DNA of 64,000 nt, from the sequence record LR756501.1, one strand, 5' to 3'. Made by a program: the position numbers and the translations under genes. Below are positions 54,315-63,692 of the stretch, one piece after another. Within the stretch, counting starts at the first letter, position 1. Each line of letters starts with the position of its first letter. The notes beneath the pieces were generated by a model. It was given only the letters and a program-made list of their open reading frames with translations. It searched no databases and was not told the origin of the DNA.

Positions 54315-55934
54315 TTATCTCAGGATTTTTATCGCGTCTACAAAATATTTTGGCATCATCTTTCTATTAAATTTTAACAAATCCCCGAACGAACTATCCA
54401 ATATAAAAGTGTGACTCCAATCTGTTTCACTCCTTGTTGACCTACCATAAGCCTGCACTATATCAACAATAGTTCTCCAAGTGTACCACTTCTTATTAGA
54501 AGCCTGCCTAGCCTTAACCTTATTACTGGAAATATTTGGATAAGGAACCTTCATCAATACCTGAAATCTACTCAAATCTTCATCCATTGATATACCAGAA
54601 ACCATTGAAGGTGAAACAATTATACCGTTCTTTTTCTTTTTCATCTTATCTAATTGTTCTTCTCTGTTCTCAGTTTCGTGGAATATGAGTCTTTTATCTT
54701 TTACAGCGTCGTGTAACCATTTGGCTATCTCGTAGTTTGTAGTGTGTATGATTCCTCTATTGTCTTTATATTTCTTTAATATTTTTTCTATAACTAGTAC
54801 TTGTTTTTTGAAAGTCGCTTCTCTTTGGTCGTAAGTCATTTTACCAGATTGTACGTAATATAGAGGTCTATTAGCAACTGGGAATGTAGAATCTACTTCG
54901 TAATAATCTGTTAATTCTTCGTCAAATCCGTTAAGATAAGAGAACATGTTTTTATCAAGAATTGATCCACTCATAAATATAACGTGGTCGTACATTGACC
55001 ATATAACGTCGTCGAGATAAACATTGCCCCAAATAGGTTGCATATTAAGTTCGACTTCGTTTGTTTTTGATTTAGTTATATCAAGAGTCCAATTATATTC
55101 ATTCTTTTCAAAATCTTTAAGTAATCCATCAAATTTTTCTACAGCGGTATCAATGTTATCAATATAACCAACATATACTTGTTTTAACTTCTCATTTGGA
55201 GCGTCATTCAAAGAATCTTCGAATTGTTGTCTTACTTCAGCAATATAAGGGATGAAGTCATTAGATATGAAATTTATGAAATTACCAGCAGTTTTAATAT
55301 CACTAAATTTTCTCTCATATACTTCTATCATTTGTTGTTCTATACCGTAATTCTTTAATATTCTTGGACTTAACTTAACTGAAATGAAATCACAAAAAAC
55401 AGATTCAAAATCGTGTGCTTCATCTACAATAAGCACATTTGCCCCTCTTTCTATTAAAACTGATTGTACGAAGAAGGCAAAACTATTAAAGAGGTGAAAA
55501 TTTGTAAGACTCACGTCGCCATCTATCCAAGCGTCTCTAGCTGCGTCGTACGGACAACTGCCACATGGCATTTGTTTAGCAGCCTTATTTAATTCCTTTC
55601 CTGTTCTACAATCTGTGTGATGTCTGGCGCATTTATAATTTGATTGTCCTCTAAGGTCTTTTATAATATCAAATTCGTCTTTATATTGTTGTTGTAGGAG
55701 TTTACTGTTAGTTATAATATCGAATTTGGCGGAAGTATTAACGTAATTTTTGTACCAATTCATAAACATCATAGCGAAGTATGATTTCCCACTACCAGTG
55801 GGGGCGTTAAGCAGTACAAACTTCTTACCATTATTTATGGACTCTTTGGTCAAATTGAATATTTCAATTTGTTGGTCACGTGGTTTGAATTTTAGGGGAT
55901 AATAAATCTTTAGTTCTTCGTCAATAGAAATCAT
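54315..55934 (-). CDS. DinG/YoaA/XPD-family SF2 helicase
   Basis: NAPTGSGKS, Fe-S cysteines (C..H..C...C..C), VDEAH, MSGS, QAYGRSTRS; probable start MISID at 55934. Confidence 0.88.
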   Translation of the reverse strand: MISIDEELKIYYPLKFKPRDQQIEIFNLTKESINNGKKFVLLNAPTGSGKSYFAMMFMNWYKNYVNTSAKFDIITNSKLLQQQYKDEFDIIKDLRGQSNYKCARHHTDCRTGKELNKAAKQMPCGSCPYDAARDAWIDGDVSLTNFHLFNSFAFFVQSVLIERGANVLIVDEAHDFESVFCDFISVKLSPRILKNYGIEQQMIEVYERKFSDIKTAGNFINFISNDFIPYIAEVRQQFEDSLNDAPNEKLKQVYVGYIDNIDTAVEKFDGLLKDFEKNEYNWTLDITKSKTNEVELNMQPIWGNVYLDDVIWSMYDHVIFMSGSILDKNMFSYLNGFDEELTDYYEVDSTFPVANRPLYYVQSGKMTYDQREATFKKQVLVIEKILKKYKDNRGIIHTTNYEIAKWLHDAVKDKRLIFHETENREEQLDKMKKKKNGIIVSPSMVSGISMDEDLSRFQVLMKVPYPNISSNKVKARQASNKKWYTWRTIVDIVQAYGRSTRSETDWSHTFILDSSFGDLLKFNRKMMPKYFVDAIKILR

Positions 55935-56003
55935 ACACCATATACGTCGAAATATATTTTTTGTTTTTTTAAATCTGTTTTTAATTTTTAATATATAAGG
56001 AAT

Positions 56004-56525
56004 ATGATAAAAACTTTTGAAGCTTTCGAAATGGACAATAGTAAAGTCTATATTATTGGAATACCAAGTGGGGAAGCTTTGCAAGTAAAAAGAGACGACC
56101 TCGAAGCATTATATAAAGAAGGATTAATAAGATATGATACGTCTTACGTACAAACTGGATTTTACGCTTTTGACGACATTGATGTTGATATTGTTATGAG
56201 ATATGTTGAAAAACCTTTAAAAGTGGTCCCAGCAGGTAGAAAAGCTAATAAAGATATTACTATATTTGATCACGAGTTTGACGAAATAATGATTGACGCT
56301 ATACTTGGTATGATTGATCAATATCCAAACGATATAGAGATATATATTCAAGAAGATTGTATGGGTATATCTTACGGTGATTTTTACATGGAAATAACTA
56401 TGAATTCTACTATTAACCCGAAATATAAATTTATAAAAAGACATAAGGGAAAAGTTATAGATAAATATGGAATTGTAAATGACTCAATGTTGGTAAATCG
56501 AATAGACCACGAGTTATATAACTAA
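56004..56525 (+). CDS. Protein with CTS-like N-terminus and GxPSGE domain
   Basis: MIKTFEAFE...IIGIPSGEAL; TAATATATA at 55989-97. Confidence 0.75.
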   Translation: MIKTFEAFEMDNSKVYIIGIPSGEALQVKRDDLEALYKEGLIRYDTSYVQTGFYAFDDIDVDIVMRYVEKPLKVVPAGRKANKDITIFDHEFDEIMIDAILGMIDQYPNDIEIYIQEDCMGISYGDFYMEITMNSTINPKYKFIKRHKGKVIDKYGIVNDSMLVNRIDHELYN

Positions 56526-56551
56526 AAACCCAGACTTTCATCTGGGTTTTT
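56524..56551. terminator. Bidirectional terminator
   Basis: AAAAACCCAGA-CTTTCA-TCTGGGTTTTT between convergent genes. Confidence 0.85.
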
Positions 56552-56555
56552 TATT

Positions 56556-57263
56556 TTATAGATTTTGAAACATTTGTATTAACTCTGGTTGAGGCATCAT
56601 ATCTGATTTATCTGGTCTATAACTAACATGTGTCCAAACACCTGGTTTGCTTCCCAAAGCATTTTTAGAAACGTCCCACATATCGGGATTATAAGCCTTA
56701 GGTATTCCAAATTTATCACATAAATAAACAACCATTCTGTTTATTGATAAAATCTGCGCTGGTGTGTATTTCTCAAAATATAAGAAATCTCTAAATGGTT
56801 TAGGGAAACTTTGTACGTTCTCTTCGGGTATAGTTACCTTCATATAAGGAACATATTTCTTCAAAGTTGTGTCCCACTTAGCAGGATGGAAAGTGCCGTC
56901 ATCAGCTTTAACCAAACCACCCCAGTTACAAACTTCTATACCTACTGTACTCTTATTCAATAAAGTATTTCTTGTTCCGTAATCAGCGAATCCTAATTTC
57001 TTTAAAAAGTCTGCTTTTACTCCAAGATGATGTGCCCAATATTTACTAGAGTACAATTGGAAAATTGTACCATCAGCCTGAATTATAAAATGTGTTGCAA
57101 TTCTCTGTGGATCAGTGTTCCACCAATCTATAACACCTTGTGCAAATCCACCCGAAACTGTGTGGTGTACAACCACCTGGTTCTTAGGTGTTTCTTCTCT
57201 ATAATATTGAGTTTCAGAGAAATCAACTTGCACTATTTCTGATAAGTTTAAAGGTTCAGCCAT
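56556..57263 (-). CDS. N-acetylmuramoyl-L-alanine amidase (Amidase_2), probable endolysin
   Basis: VVVHHT, THFII, WAHH, GIEV, WTHVSYRPDKSD. Confidence 0.9.
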   Translation of the reverse strand: MAEPLNLSEIVQVDFSETQYYREETPKNQVVVHHTVSGGFAQGVIDWWNTDPQRIATHFIIQADGTIFQLYSSKYWAHHLGVKADFLKKLGFADYGTRNTLLNKSTVGIEVCNWGGLVKADDGTFHPAKWDTTLKKYVPYMKVTIPEENVQSFPKPFRDFLYFEKYTPAQILSINRMVVYLCDKFGIPKAYNPDMWDVSKNALGSKPGVWTHVSYRPDKSDMMPQPELIQMFQNL

Positions 57264-57267
57264 AATT

Positions 57268-57774
57268 TTAATATTTATTTTTGTAAGGGTTGACGTTCAT
57301 TTTAGCCATTTCTTCCCTCATTTCCCTGTGTTTTTGTATGAATTCACCTTGTGGAAGATCCTTATCCATTCTAAATTCTATATCTTCTTCGAGATTCATA
57401 CTTAGATTAACTGGTACAATTTCTTCATTTAGTATTTTATCTAGTAAGTCTGATAGATAAGCTCTTACGTCACCTGTATTTTTATAAACAAATTCGTATT
57501 CTCTATCTTCGTCGTATATCGCAAATTTATCACCAGACATTGAATTATCTACAAAGAAACTAAGTGATCCAATATTGCCTGCTTTAACTATATAGTTCTC
57601 TTTTTCAAGACTATATCTTTTAACGAATGGGTCTTTAATTTTAATAACAATTTGACCTGGGCCTTTGTTTCCTTCTTTTTGAACTTCGTTTGTTTTGGAT
57701 ATACCAAGGTCCATAGTAAATTCTTTTATTGTTCTGAATTTACGCATGACCAAACTGGATGCTACAACTTCCAT
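57268..57774 (-). CDS. Hypothetical protein
   Basis: Clean ORF upstream of the amidase. Confidence 0.65.
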   Translation of the reverse strand: MEVVASSLVMRKFRTIKEFTMDLGISKTNEVQKEGNKGPGQIVIKIKDPFVKRYSLEKENYIVKAGNIGSLSFFVDNSMSGDKFAIYDEDREYEFVYKNTGDVRAYLSDLLDKILNEEIVPVNLSMNLEEDIEFRMDKDLPQGEFIQKHREMREEMAKMNVNPYKNKY

Positions 57775-57811
57775 AAGATGTTTTTATTGTATATATAATT
57801 AAGGTGTTGGC

Positions 57812-58372
57812 TTAATCGTCACTATCACTATATTTTCTATAATGTTTAGTATTTGGTTTTTCACCAGTATATAAAGTATTGATAGACATTTCTTTAAAAG
57901 ATGGAATACATTTTTCGTAACCGTTCTCCATTAACCATTGACCTAATACCTTTTTAAATTTGATTGCGTCTTGTCTGTTTGTGAATAAACGGTGTGTAGT
58001 TTCTTCACCGTCAAAATCGCTAGATGAAGAGCTAAAATGGAAACTTTCATCTCCGTTACTTTCGATGTAAACAAACTCAAACTTATCGTCATTAAAATAT
58101 CCTTCTCTGGCTATATCAGTAAAAGTAACGTCGAAATAAATCAAACTGTGCTTCTCTTTTGCTGTAATACTTTTCAATTTCACTGGCGAATCTGGCCATA
58201 TGAAATATTCTGCGTCATTTTTCAATTGATTTCTCTTCATATCTAACGCATGGTTAACTAATTCTTTGGCTCTACCTTCGTGCCCGTGAGCATTTAATCT
58301 CTTGGCTGCGTTTGTATATGTGTCGAACTTTAGTTCTTCGTTAAACTTATCAAATTTTTTAAGGTTGTTCAT
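57812..58372 (-). CDS. Hypothetical protein, CTS-like N-terminus
   Basis: MNNLKKFDKFNEE. Confidence 0.75.
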   Translation of the reverse strand: MNNLKKFDKFNEELKFDTYTNAAKRLNAHGHEGRAKELVNHALDMKRNQLKNDAEYFIWPDSPVKLKSITAKEKHSLIYFDVTFTDIAREGYFNDDKFEFVYIESNGDESFHFSSSSSDFDGEETTHRLFTNRQDAIKFKKVLGQWLMENGYEKCIPSFKEMSINTLYTGEKPNTKHYRKYSDSDD

Positions 58373-58389
58373 CTCTCTTATTTTATTTT

Positions 58390-58995
58390 TTAAAAAGTTG
58401 GTGGTGCTTGTGCTCCACCTGCTGCTGGTTGTGGAAAAGCTCCAGCCTGTTGTGCTGGTGGCATTTGTGCTCCTGGAGGAGGAGCCATACCGCCTTCTGG
58501 TGGTGCGCCTCCTGCTGGGGGTGCTCCTTGTGCTGGTTGTTGTGCTTCTTTCTCTTTAGGTACATCTATCTTATTCTCATCTGGATTTTCACTATGATCG
58601 TCATCCATTTTCGAAATCTTTTCTGTAATAAAGTCTTCTTTAATATCGTCTATTTTAACTTGTTTATCGTTTGTTAATTCTATTGTCCAGATTGGTTCAC
58701 CACCGTTAGTTTCGTCTATTTTAGCAGGGTCGTATTTCTTAATAATTACGTCACAATTTTCTAAGTCTTCTATATTAAATCTGATTATCATTTGAAAATA
58801 GAATTCAGCACTGGCAAAATTTGTAATGATTGATCTCTTTGCGGCGTTAGGAGTAGAACTTTTAGATTGATCAACTGGCATAGAGCTTAAAGAAAATGAA
58901 CCTTTCTGAAACCAATATGTGATACGCTCAATTACCTTTTTAATGATTTGGTCCATTTCATAGTCTGCCTGCATGAACTCTTCGAACATTTTCAT
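58390..58995 (-). CDS. Hypothetical protein with CTS-like N-terminus and Pro/Gly/Ala-rich tail
   Basis: MKMFEEF...QGAPPAGGAPPEGGMAPPPGAQMPP. Confidence 0.75.
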   Translation of the reverse strand: MKMFEEFMQADYEMDQIIKKVIERITYWFQKGSFSLSSMPVDQSKSSTPNAAKRSIITNFASAEFYFQMIIRFNIEDLENCDVIIKKYDPAKIDETNGGEPIWTIELTNDKQVKIDDIKEDFITEKISKMDDDHSENPDENKIDVPKEKEAQQPAQGAPPAGGAPPEGGMAPPPGAQMPPAQQAGAFPQPAAGGAQAPPTF

Positions 58996-59045
58996 ATTTT
59001 AACGATTTTATTTTTATATATATATTAAAAGAAATAAACCGAAAA

Positions 59046-59300
59046 ATGAAAAGAGTAATTACATTTACAGAATACCTTAATGAGAGTGATGGAGGCGGTG
59101 GAGTGGCTTTTGCTACAGCTAACGGAAACGGTATGGGAAATATTGTAGCACCTACTGTTGGTTCTGTCCCAGGTTCTGTAAGTCAAAATGGATCAGGTAC
59201 AGTGGGTAGTGGTGATAAAGTGGCATATGACTACAACATGGGATATAAGTATATGAATAAAAAGAATAAAAAGAAAATTAAAAAGAGCTTCAAAAAATGA
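59046..59300 (+). CDS. Small Gly-rich protein, CTS-like N-terminus, basic tail
   Basis: MKRVITFTEYLNES|DGGGG. Confidence 0.75.
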   Translation: MKRVITFTEYLNESDGGGGVAFATANGNGMGNIVAPTVGSVPGSVSQNGSGTVGSGDKVAYDYNMGYKYMNKKNKKKIKKSFKK

Positions 59301-60064
59301 TATTAACCGAAAAAGTTTCAATGTTTATTAATTATAGATATGTTAAATATTATATAGATTTGGGGTATAACGTTAAAGGTGGTGAGATTATAGATGTACT
59401 AGTTAATCATTTATCTAGAAATAGTCACGCAAAAATTGATGTAAAGTGCGATATCTGTAATAAAACAATGAAAAAAACATATCAGAACTATACATCTAAT
59501 ATTGAATATGACGGGAAATATTATTGTTCAAAATGTTCAATAATAAAACAACAAAATGTCATGATAGATAGACACGGTGTTAAAAATCCAATGTTTAAAA
59601 AAGAATTTAAAGATAAAATTGTTAAAACCAATTTGGAAAGACATGGTGTAGAATACCCATCGCAAAATAAAGATATTTATAATAAAACAAAGAAATCATT
59701 TTTTGATAAATATGGTGTAGAATATATTTCTCAAAGCGAATATTGGAGAGATAAAATAGGATTTTTAGAAGATAATAACAATTTCTATAAATATAAAAGG
59801 CTTATTAAAAATTTAACCCATAGAGTGAAAGAAGAATTATTTGAGAAATGGGACGGAAAAGATTATTACGATGGAGAATACATTAAAGATAATTTAATAT
59901 TAAATTATAATCATATATTGTATCCAACTATAGATCATAAAATTAGCATCTTTCATGGGTTTAAAAATAATATTAGTATCGAAACCATAGCCAATATTGA
60001 TAATTTATGTATAACTAAAAGAACTACAAATTCTTCTATGAAAAAAGATAAAATATCACTATGA
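59297..60064 (+). mobile_element. Free-standing HNH-type homing endonuclease-like gene
   Basis: CDIC...CSKC, GVKNP/GVEYPSQ/GVEYISQ repeats, TIDHKISI...NLCITKRTTN; ATGA overlaps on both sides. Confidence 0.75.
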
Positions 60065-60498
60065 TCAAAAAATTCAATGAGAATTGGGATACCTTTCAAG
60101 ATTTTTTAGACGCTAACGAACCAAGAAGTAATCCTAATATGGACGGTGAAATTGAAATGGATACAATAGCGGATTACGCTAAACGTAAAAACATTAGTTA
60201 CGACCACGCTAAAACACTACTAGCCACTAAAATAACATCAGAAATAAAACCAAACGAACTAACAAGAAAAATTGAATGGGATAACGGTTATGAAGTCATT
60301 GGATTACCAAGCGGTCAAGTTATATATATGAGTACTAAACAAATAGCTTATTTCAAAGCAAGAAATCTTGTAATGTGGAAAGCAACTTGGAAGAAACCTT
60401 TAGCTGGTGGATTTGTGCCAATTAAAATAGAAAAACATTGTTTTGAAGACAAACTACTTCCAAATATTTTAGATCAAATGAATTTAATAGTATGGTAA
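60061..60498 (+). CDS. Protein with CTS-like N-terminus and GxPSGE domain
   Basis: MIKKFNEN...VIGLPSGQVI. Confidence 0.75.
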   Translation: MIKKFNENWDTFQDFLDANEPRSNPNMDGEIEMDTIADYAKRKNISYDHAKTLLATKITSEIKPNELTRKIEWDNGYEVIGLPSGQVIYMSTKQIAYFKARNLVMWKATWKKPLAGGFVPIKIEKHCFEDKLLPNILDQMNLIVW

Positions 60499-61121
60499 TA
60501 AAGAGCTTTAAATTATTCGAACGTGGAGACGGTATTGAAGACGAAGATGATATTCCAACACATCGTCAAATGGTACTGGATTTAGACGGTAACTACACGC
60601 TGAAAAAACAACCAGAAATAGCTATGGATTATATACTTGGTGTACCTAGTGGTGAAGTTGTTTTAATAGATAATATTAATGATTTTAAAGCTGTGGTAGA
60701 TAGAAAGTTAGCTCATTATACTTATTCATTTAGAGGTACAATATTAAATTGTTATTGTGCACCAGATAATAATCTTAAAGTCATAAAATCTTTTGTTAAT
60801 GATTTACAGATAAGTAAGACTGGTGAAGAAAAATACGATATGATCTGTAAAGATTACAGACAAGAAATGAGTAGAATAACTAAAAAGAAACACGTAGTAG
60901 CATATATTCCAAAATTAAATGGTGTAGATTATTATTATATTATACTTCCAGATCTAACAATGAACAAAGCTTTTTATAAAGCTAAAATAAATGATATGGT
61001 TGGAGTAACTAAAATTATGAAAATGAAACATCCTGATTCAGTTTTTTCTTTCACAGAAAGATTAACCAAACCAGGAATTGAAGTTAAATATTACGGATTA
61101 CCCAAAGCTTACGTAGATTAA
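60492..61121 (+). CDS. Protein with CTS-like N-terminus and GxPSGE domain
   Basis: MVIKSFKLFE...ILGVPSGEVV. Confidence 0.75.
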   Translation: MVIKSFKLFERGDGIEDEDDIPTHRQMVLDLDGNYTLKKQPEIAMDYILGVPSGEVVLIDNINDFKAVVDRKLAHYTYSFRGTILNCYCAPDNNLKVIKSFVNDLQISKTGEEKYDMICKDYRQEMSRITKKKHVVAYIPKLNGVDYYYIILPDLTMNKAFYKAKINDMVGVTKIMKMKHPDSVFSFTERLTKPGIEVKYYGLPKAYVD

Positions 61122-61897
61122 GGATTACTAAATGGTTCTTGATTCACTGAACCGACCGATCCATTAATTCCACCAGTTCCAAACCCCTGTCCTTGTAGTA
61201 ATGTAGGATCTTTCTTAAAATCTTCGATTATTTTATTCCATTTTCTTTGGTCAAAAATAACTAAATCGTCTGTTACTTTTTGTTCTTCGATTTGTAATTG
61301 TTGTTCTTCTACTTTTTGTTGTTCGTTAATCTCTTTATGTTCGTATTCGTCTCTTAATTCTTTATAAAAAGATTTCATTTTAGTAGATAAATCATTTATC
61401 ATTTTCGAACTATCTCTAATCTCTTTCTGGTAAGCATTTACAGCCACGTGCATTTCGGGGTCGTTTGCACCAGCATCTATTTGTTTCATACAATTTACAA
61501 GTCCTCTTTTAGCACAAGATAACGAGAATTTAATATCACTAATGGTTTCAGCGTCATTTTTAATGATACTCATTACGTTCTTCTTTCTCATTAACGTATC
61601 ATTGAGGTATAAACTGGATAGACACTCTAGGGTTTCTGCGGCGTCTTCTTTTATCATTTCTATATCTTTTTCGTAGTCGTATTTTGAGTATTCAAAATCA
61701 AGACCAGGTAGTAAGTCCTTTGGTGGGATTAGGTCTTGTGGTAATGTATCTATCTCATCTAACATAGAATTTATTTCGTCTTGTAGATTTGATATATTTC
61801 CTAATTTTTTATTTATGTATTCTTTTTCTTCTGATTTATCTGTCCAAACCTTTTCTGTTTTTTCTGTTTTCTTTGGACGACCTCTTTTTCCTGGCAT
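61118..61897 (-). CDS. Hypothetical helical protein with N-terminal AT-hook-like motif
   Basis: MPGKRGRPKK; coiled-coil core. Confidence 0.7.
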   Translation of the reverse strand: MPGKRGRPKKTEKTEKVWTDKSEEKEYINKKLGNISNLQDEINSMLDEIDTLPQDLIPPKDLLPGLDFEYSKYDYEKDIEMIKEDAAETLECLSSLYLNDTLMRKKNVMSIIKNDAETISDIKFSLSCAKRGLVNCMKQIDAGANDPEMHVAVNAYQKEIRDSSKMINDLSTKMKSFYKELRDEYEHKEINEQQKVEEQQLQIEEQKVTDDLVIFDQRKWNKIIEDFKKDPTLLQGQGFGTGGINGSVGSVNQEPFSNP

Positions 61898-61982
61898 AAC
61901 GTATTCTTATTTTTTGAATAAGTATATATAGAAATATAAATTGTAATTTTAATATATAGCATTATATAAAAAAAACCAACCA

Positions 61983-63692
61983 ATGTTTAATATTTTAACC
62001 TTTAAGCAGTTATTCGAAAACGAAGCAAAACCTTTTTACTGGAGACCTGTTCCTTTACCACAAGTATATCCAAGTAGAAATCAAGTAGATGTATGGATAA
62101 ATAATAACGAAGATTTGAAAGATAATATGATTAGATTCATGGCTAAAGATTGGGACTTCAAAACAAATGATTACGAAATAGATCCAATTGAAAAAGTCAT
62201 AGTTGATATGTACGAAGGTGAAGGTTACATATATTTCGTTGACGAAAATTACAAGACATATAAAATAGAAGGCGAAGAAATAGAAGTTAAAGTAAACGGT
62301 GAGAGAAAATTCAATAAAGAAGACCCTTACGGAGAAGAGGTCTGGGAGAATAAAAGATTGAATGAAATCTTTGATTCTAATGTTACTTACGAATATAAAT
62401 TCGTAAAATCTAGAAAAATGGTACAATTTACTGATCTTGTTTATACATTCACATCAAAAGATAATGTCGAATATTTTGTTACTGTATCTTATAATAAAGA
62501 TTTTCACTCAATGAGTGTTAAATTTACAGATAAGGCTAATTTCAAAGGATTAATGAATAAAGTAAAAGATAAATATGTCGATCTTGAAAACTTTGACGCC
62601 ATTAATGTTCTGAATACAGTTGTTAAGATATGTAAAGATTTTTACGATAAGAACATGGATAAAGTTAAAATGTTTACCACTTCTACTTTAGATGAAAAAA
62701 GATTAAGAGTATATAAATACATATTAAGAAAATATTTTAAAGGGTGGGAAGTTGATTCATATGTTGATCCAAGAGGTGATATAGTAATTGAAGCGGAGCC
62801 ACCAAAGGAACAAGTGAATGAAGGTTGGAAATTTCAATTAGGTGAATTAGCTTTATTCTTAACTTATTTATTTAGTAGTATTGGTAGTGATGTTAGTCAT
62901 AAACGTTTTACCCGTGAGTATTTTGATCATTACGCTAAAACAATGAACATTGCTAATAACAATCAAATTGTTCAAATGGTTGTGAAAGATTTTAAAGCCA
63001 AGATTGCTACAGATCCTAAAATAATGAATAAACAAGAAGTTTATAATGTGATAGACAATACTCCTATTGTATTTAGAAAGAATGACGAAGTATGTTATAT
63101 TTTATATAATCAAGCAAGACTTAATAATCCAGGTATAACTCCGAGCTGTTGGTGTACAACAATGTTAAAAGACGGTGAGAAAACTAAAAAGGGCGGTAAG
63201 TCTGTTATATTTTTAGCTCAAAACGCTTCTTATAGTGATATTTTACACGAGTTATCACACGCCATTGAAACAGTAGTTGAAGTAGATCCTAAGATTTTAG
63301 ATATGTTCAATTTCAATTATACTTTTAAACAACAGGGACTTTTATATATGATGCTTACTAATTTTGAATACGAATTGAAAACTCCTGTTAACGCATCTAC
63401 GATAACATATTTAAAAAATCCAAGTGAAGTTTATTCAAGGTTGAACAATCTTAAAATGTTTTTATTTAAGAATGGTAAACTAAGATCTGTCGGTCAGGAA
63501 ATATCAGAAGATCTCTTGTATAGTTTAATAACTGGACAAGTTTATAAGTCTTTAAATGAAAAGGCAAAGGAAGAATATAGAAAATCTGATTTTATGGAAA
63601 TATTAATGTTTATAAGTGTAAAGAAAAGTAGAAAGATAAATCAATACGTTCAAAACGTATCACAATCAAGATTAAAAAATAATATGGCGTAA
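61983..63692 (+). CDS. Putative multi-module polyprotein (CTS-like start, DPYGEEVW, xNE junctions, HExxH)
   Basis: MFNILTFKQLFEN...EDPYGEEVWENKRLNE|IFD...EQVNE|GWK...ILHELSHAIE...EVYSRL. Confidence 0.75.
   Translation: MFNILTFKQLFENEAKPFYWRPVPLPQVYPSRNQVDVWINNNEDLKDNMIRFMAKDWDFKTNDYEIDPIEKVIVDMYEGEGYIYFVDENYKTYKIEGEEIEVKVNGERKFNKEDPYGEEVWENKRLNEIFDSNVTYEYKFVKSRKMVQFTDLVYTFTSKDNVEYFVTVSYNKDFHSMSVKFTDKANFKGLMNKVKDKYVDLENFDAINVLNTVVKICKDFYDKNMDKVKMFTTSTLDEKRLRVYKYILRKYFKGWEVDSYVDPRGDIVIEAEPPKEQVNEGWKFQLGELALFLTYLFSSIGSDVSHKRFTREYFDHYAKTMNIANNNQIVQMVVKDFKAKIATDPKIMNKQEVYNVIDNTPIVFRKNDEVCYILYNQARLNNPGITPSCWCTTMLKDGEKTKKGGKSVIFLAQNASYSDILHELSHAIETVVEVDPKILDMFNFNYTFKQQGLLYMMLTNFEYELKTPVNASTITYLKNPSEVYSRLNNLKMFLFKNGKLRSVGQEISEDLLYSLITGQVYKSLNEKAKEEYRKSDFMEILMFISVKKSRKINQYVQNVSQSRLKNNMA

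Noticed and set aside
61118-61897. Terminase small subunit call
   Set aside because: Only a basic N-terminus and helical content support it, and it is not next to the terminase ATPase gene.
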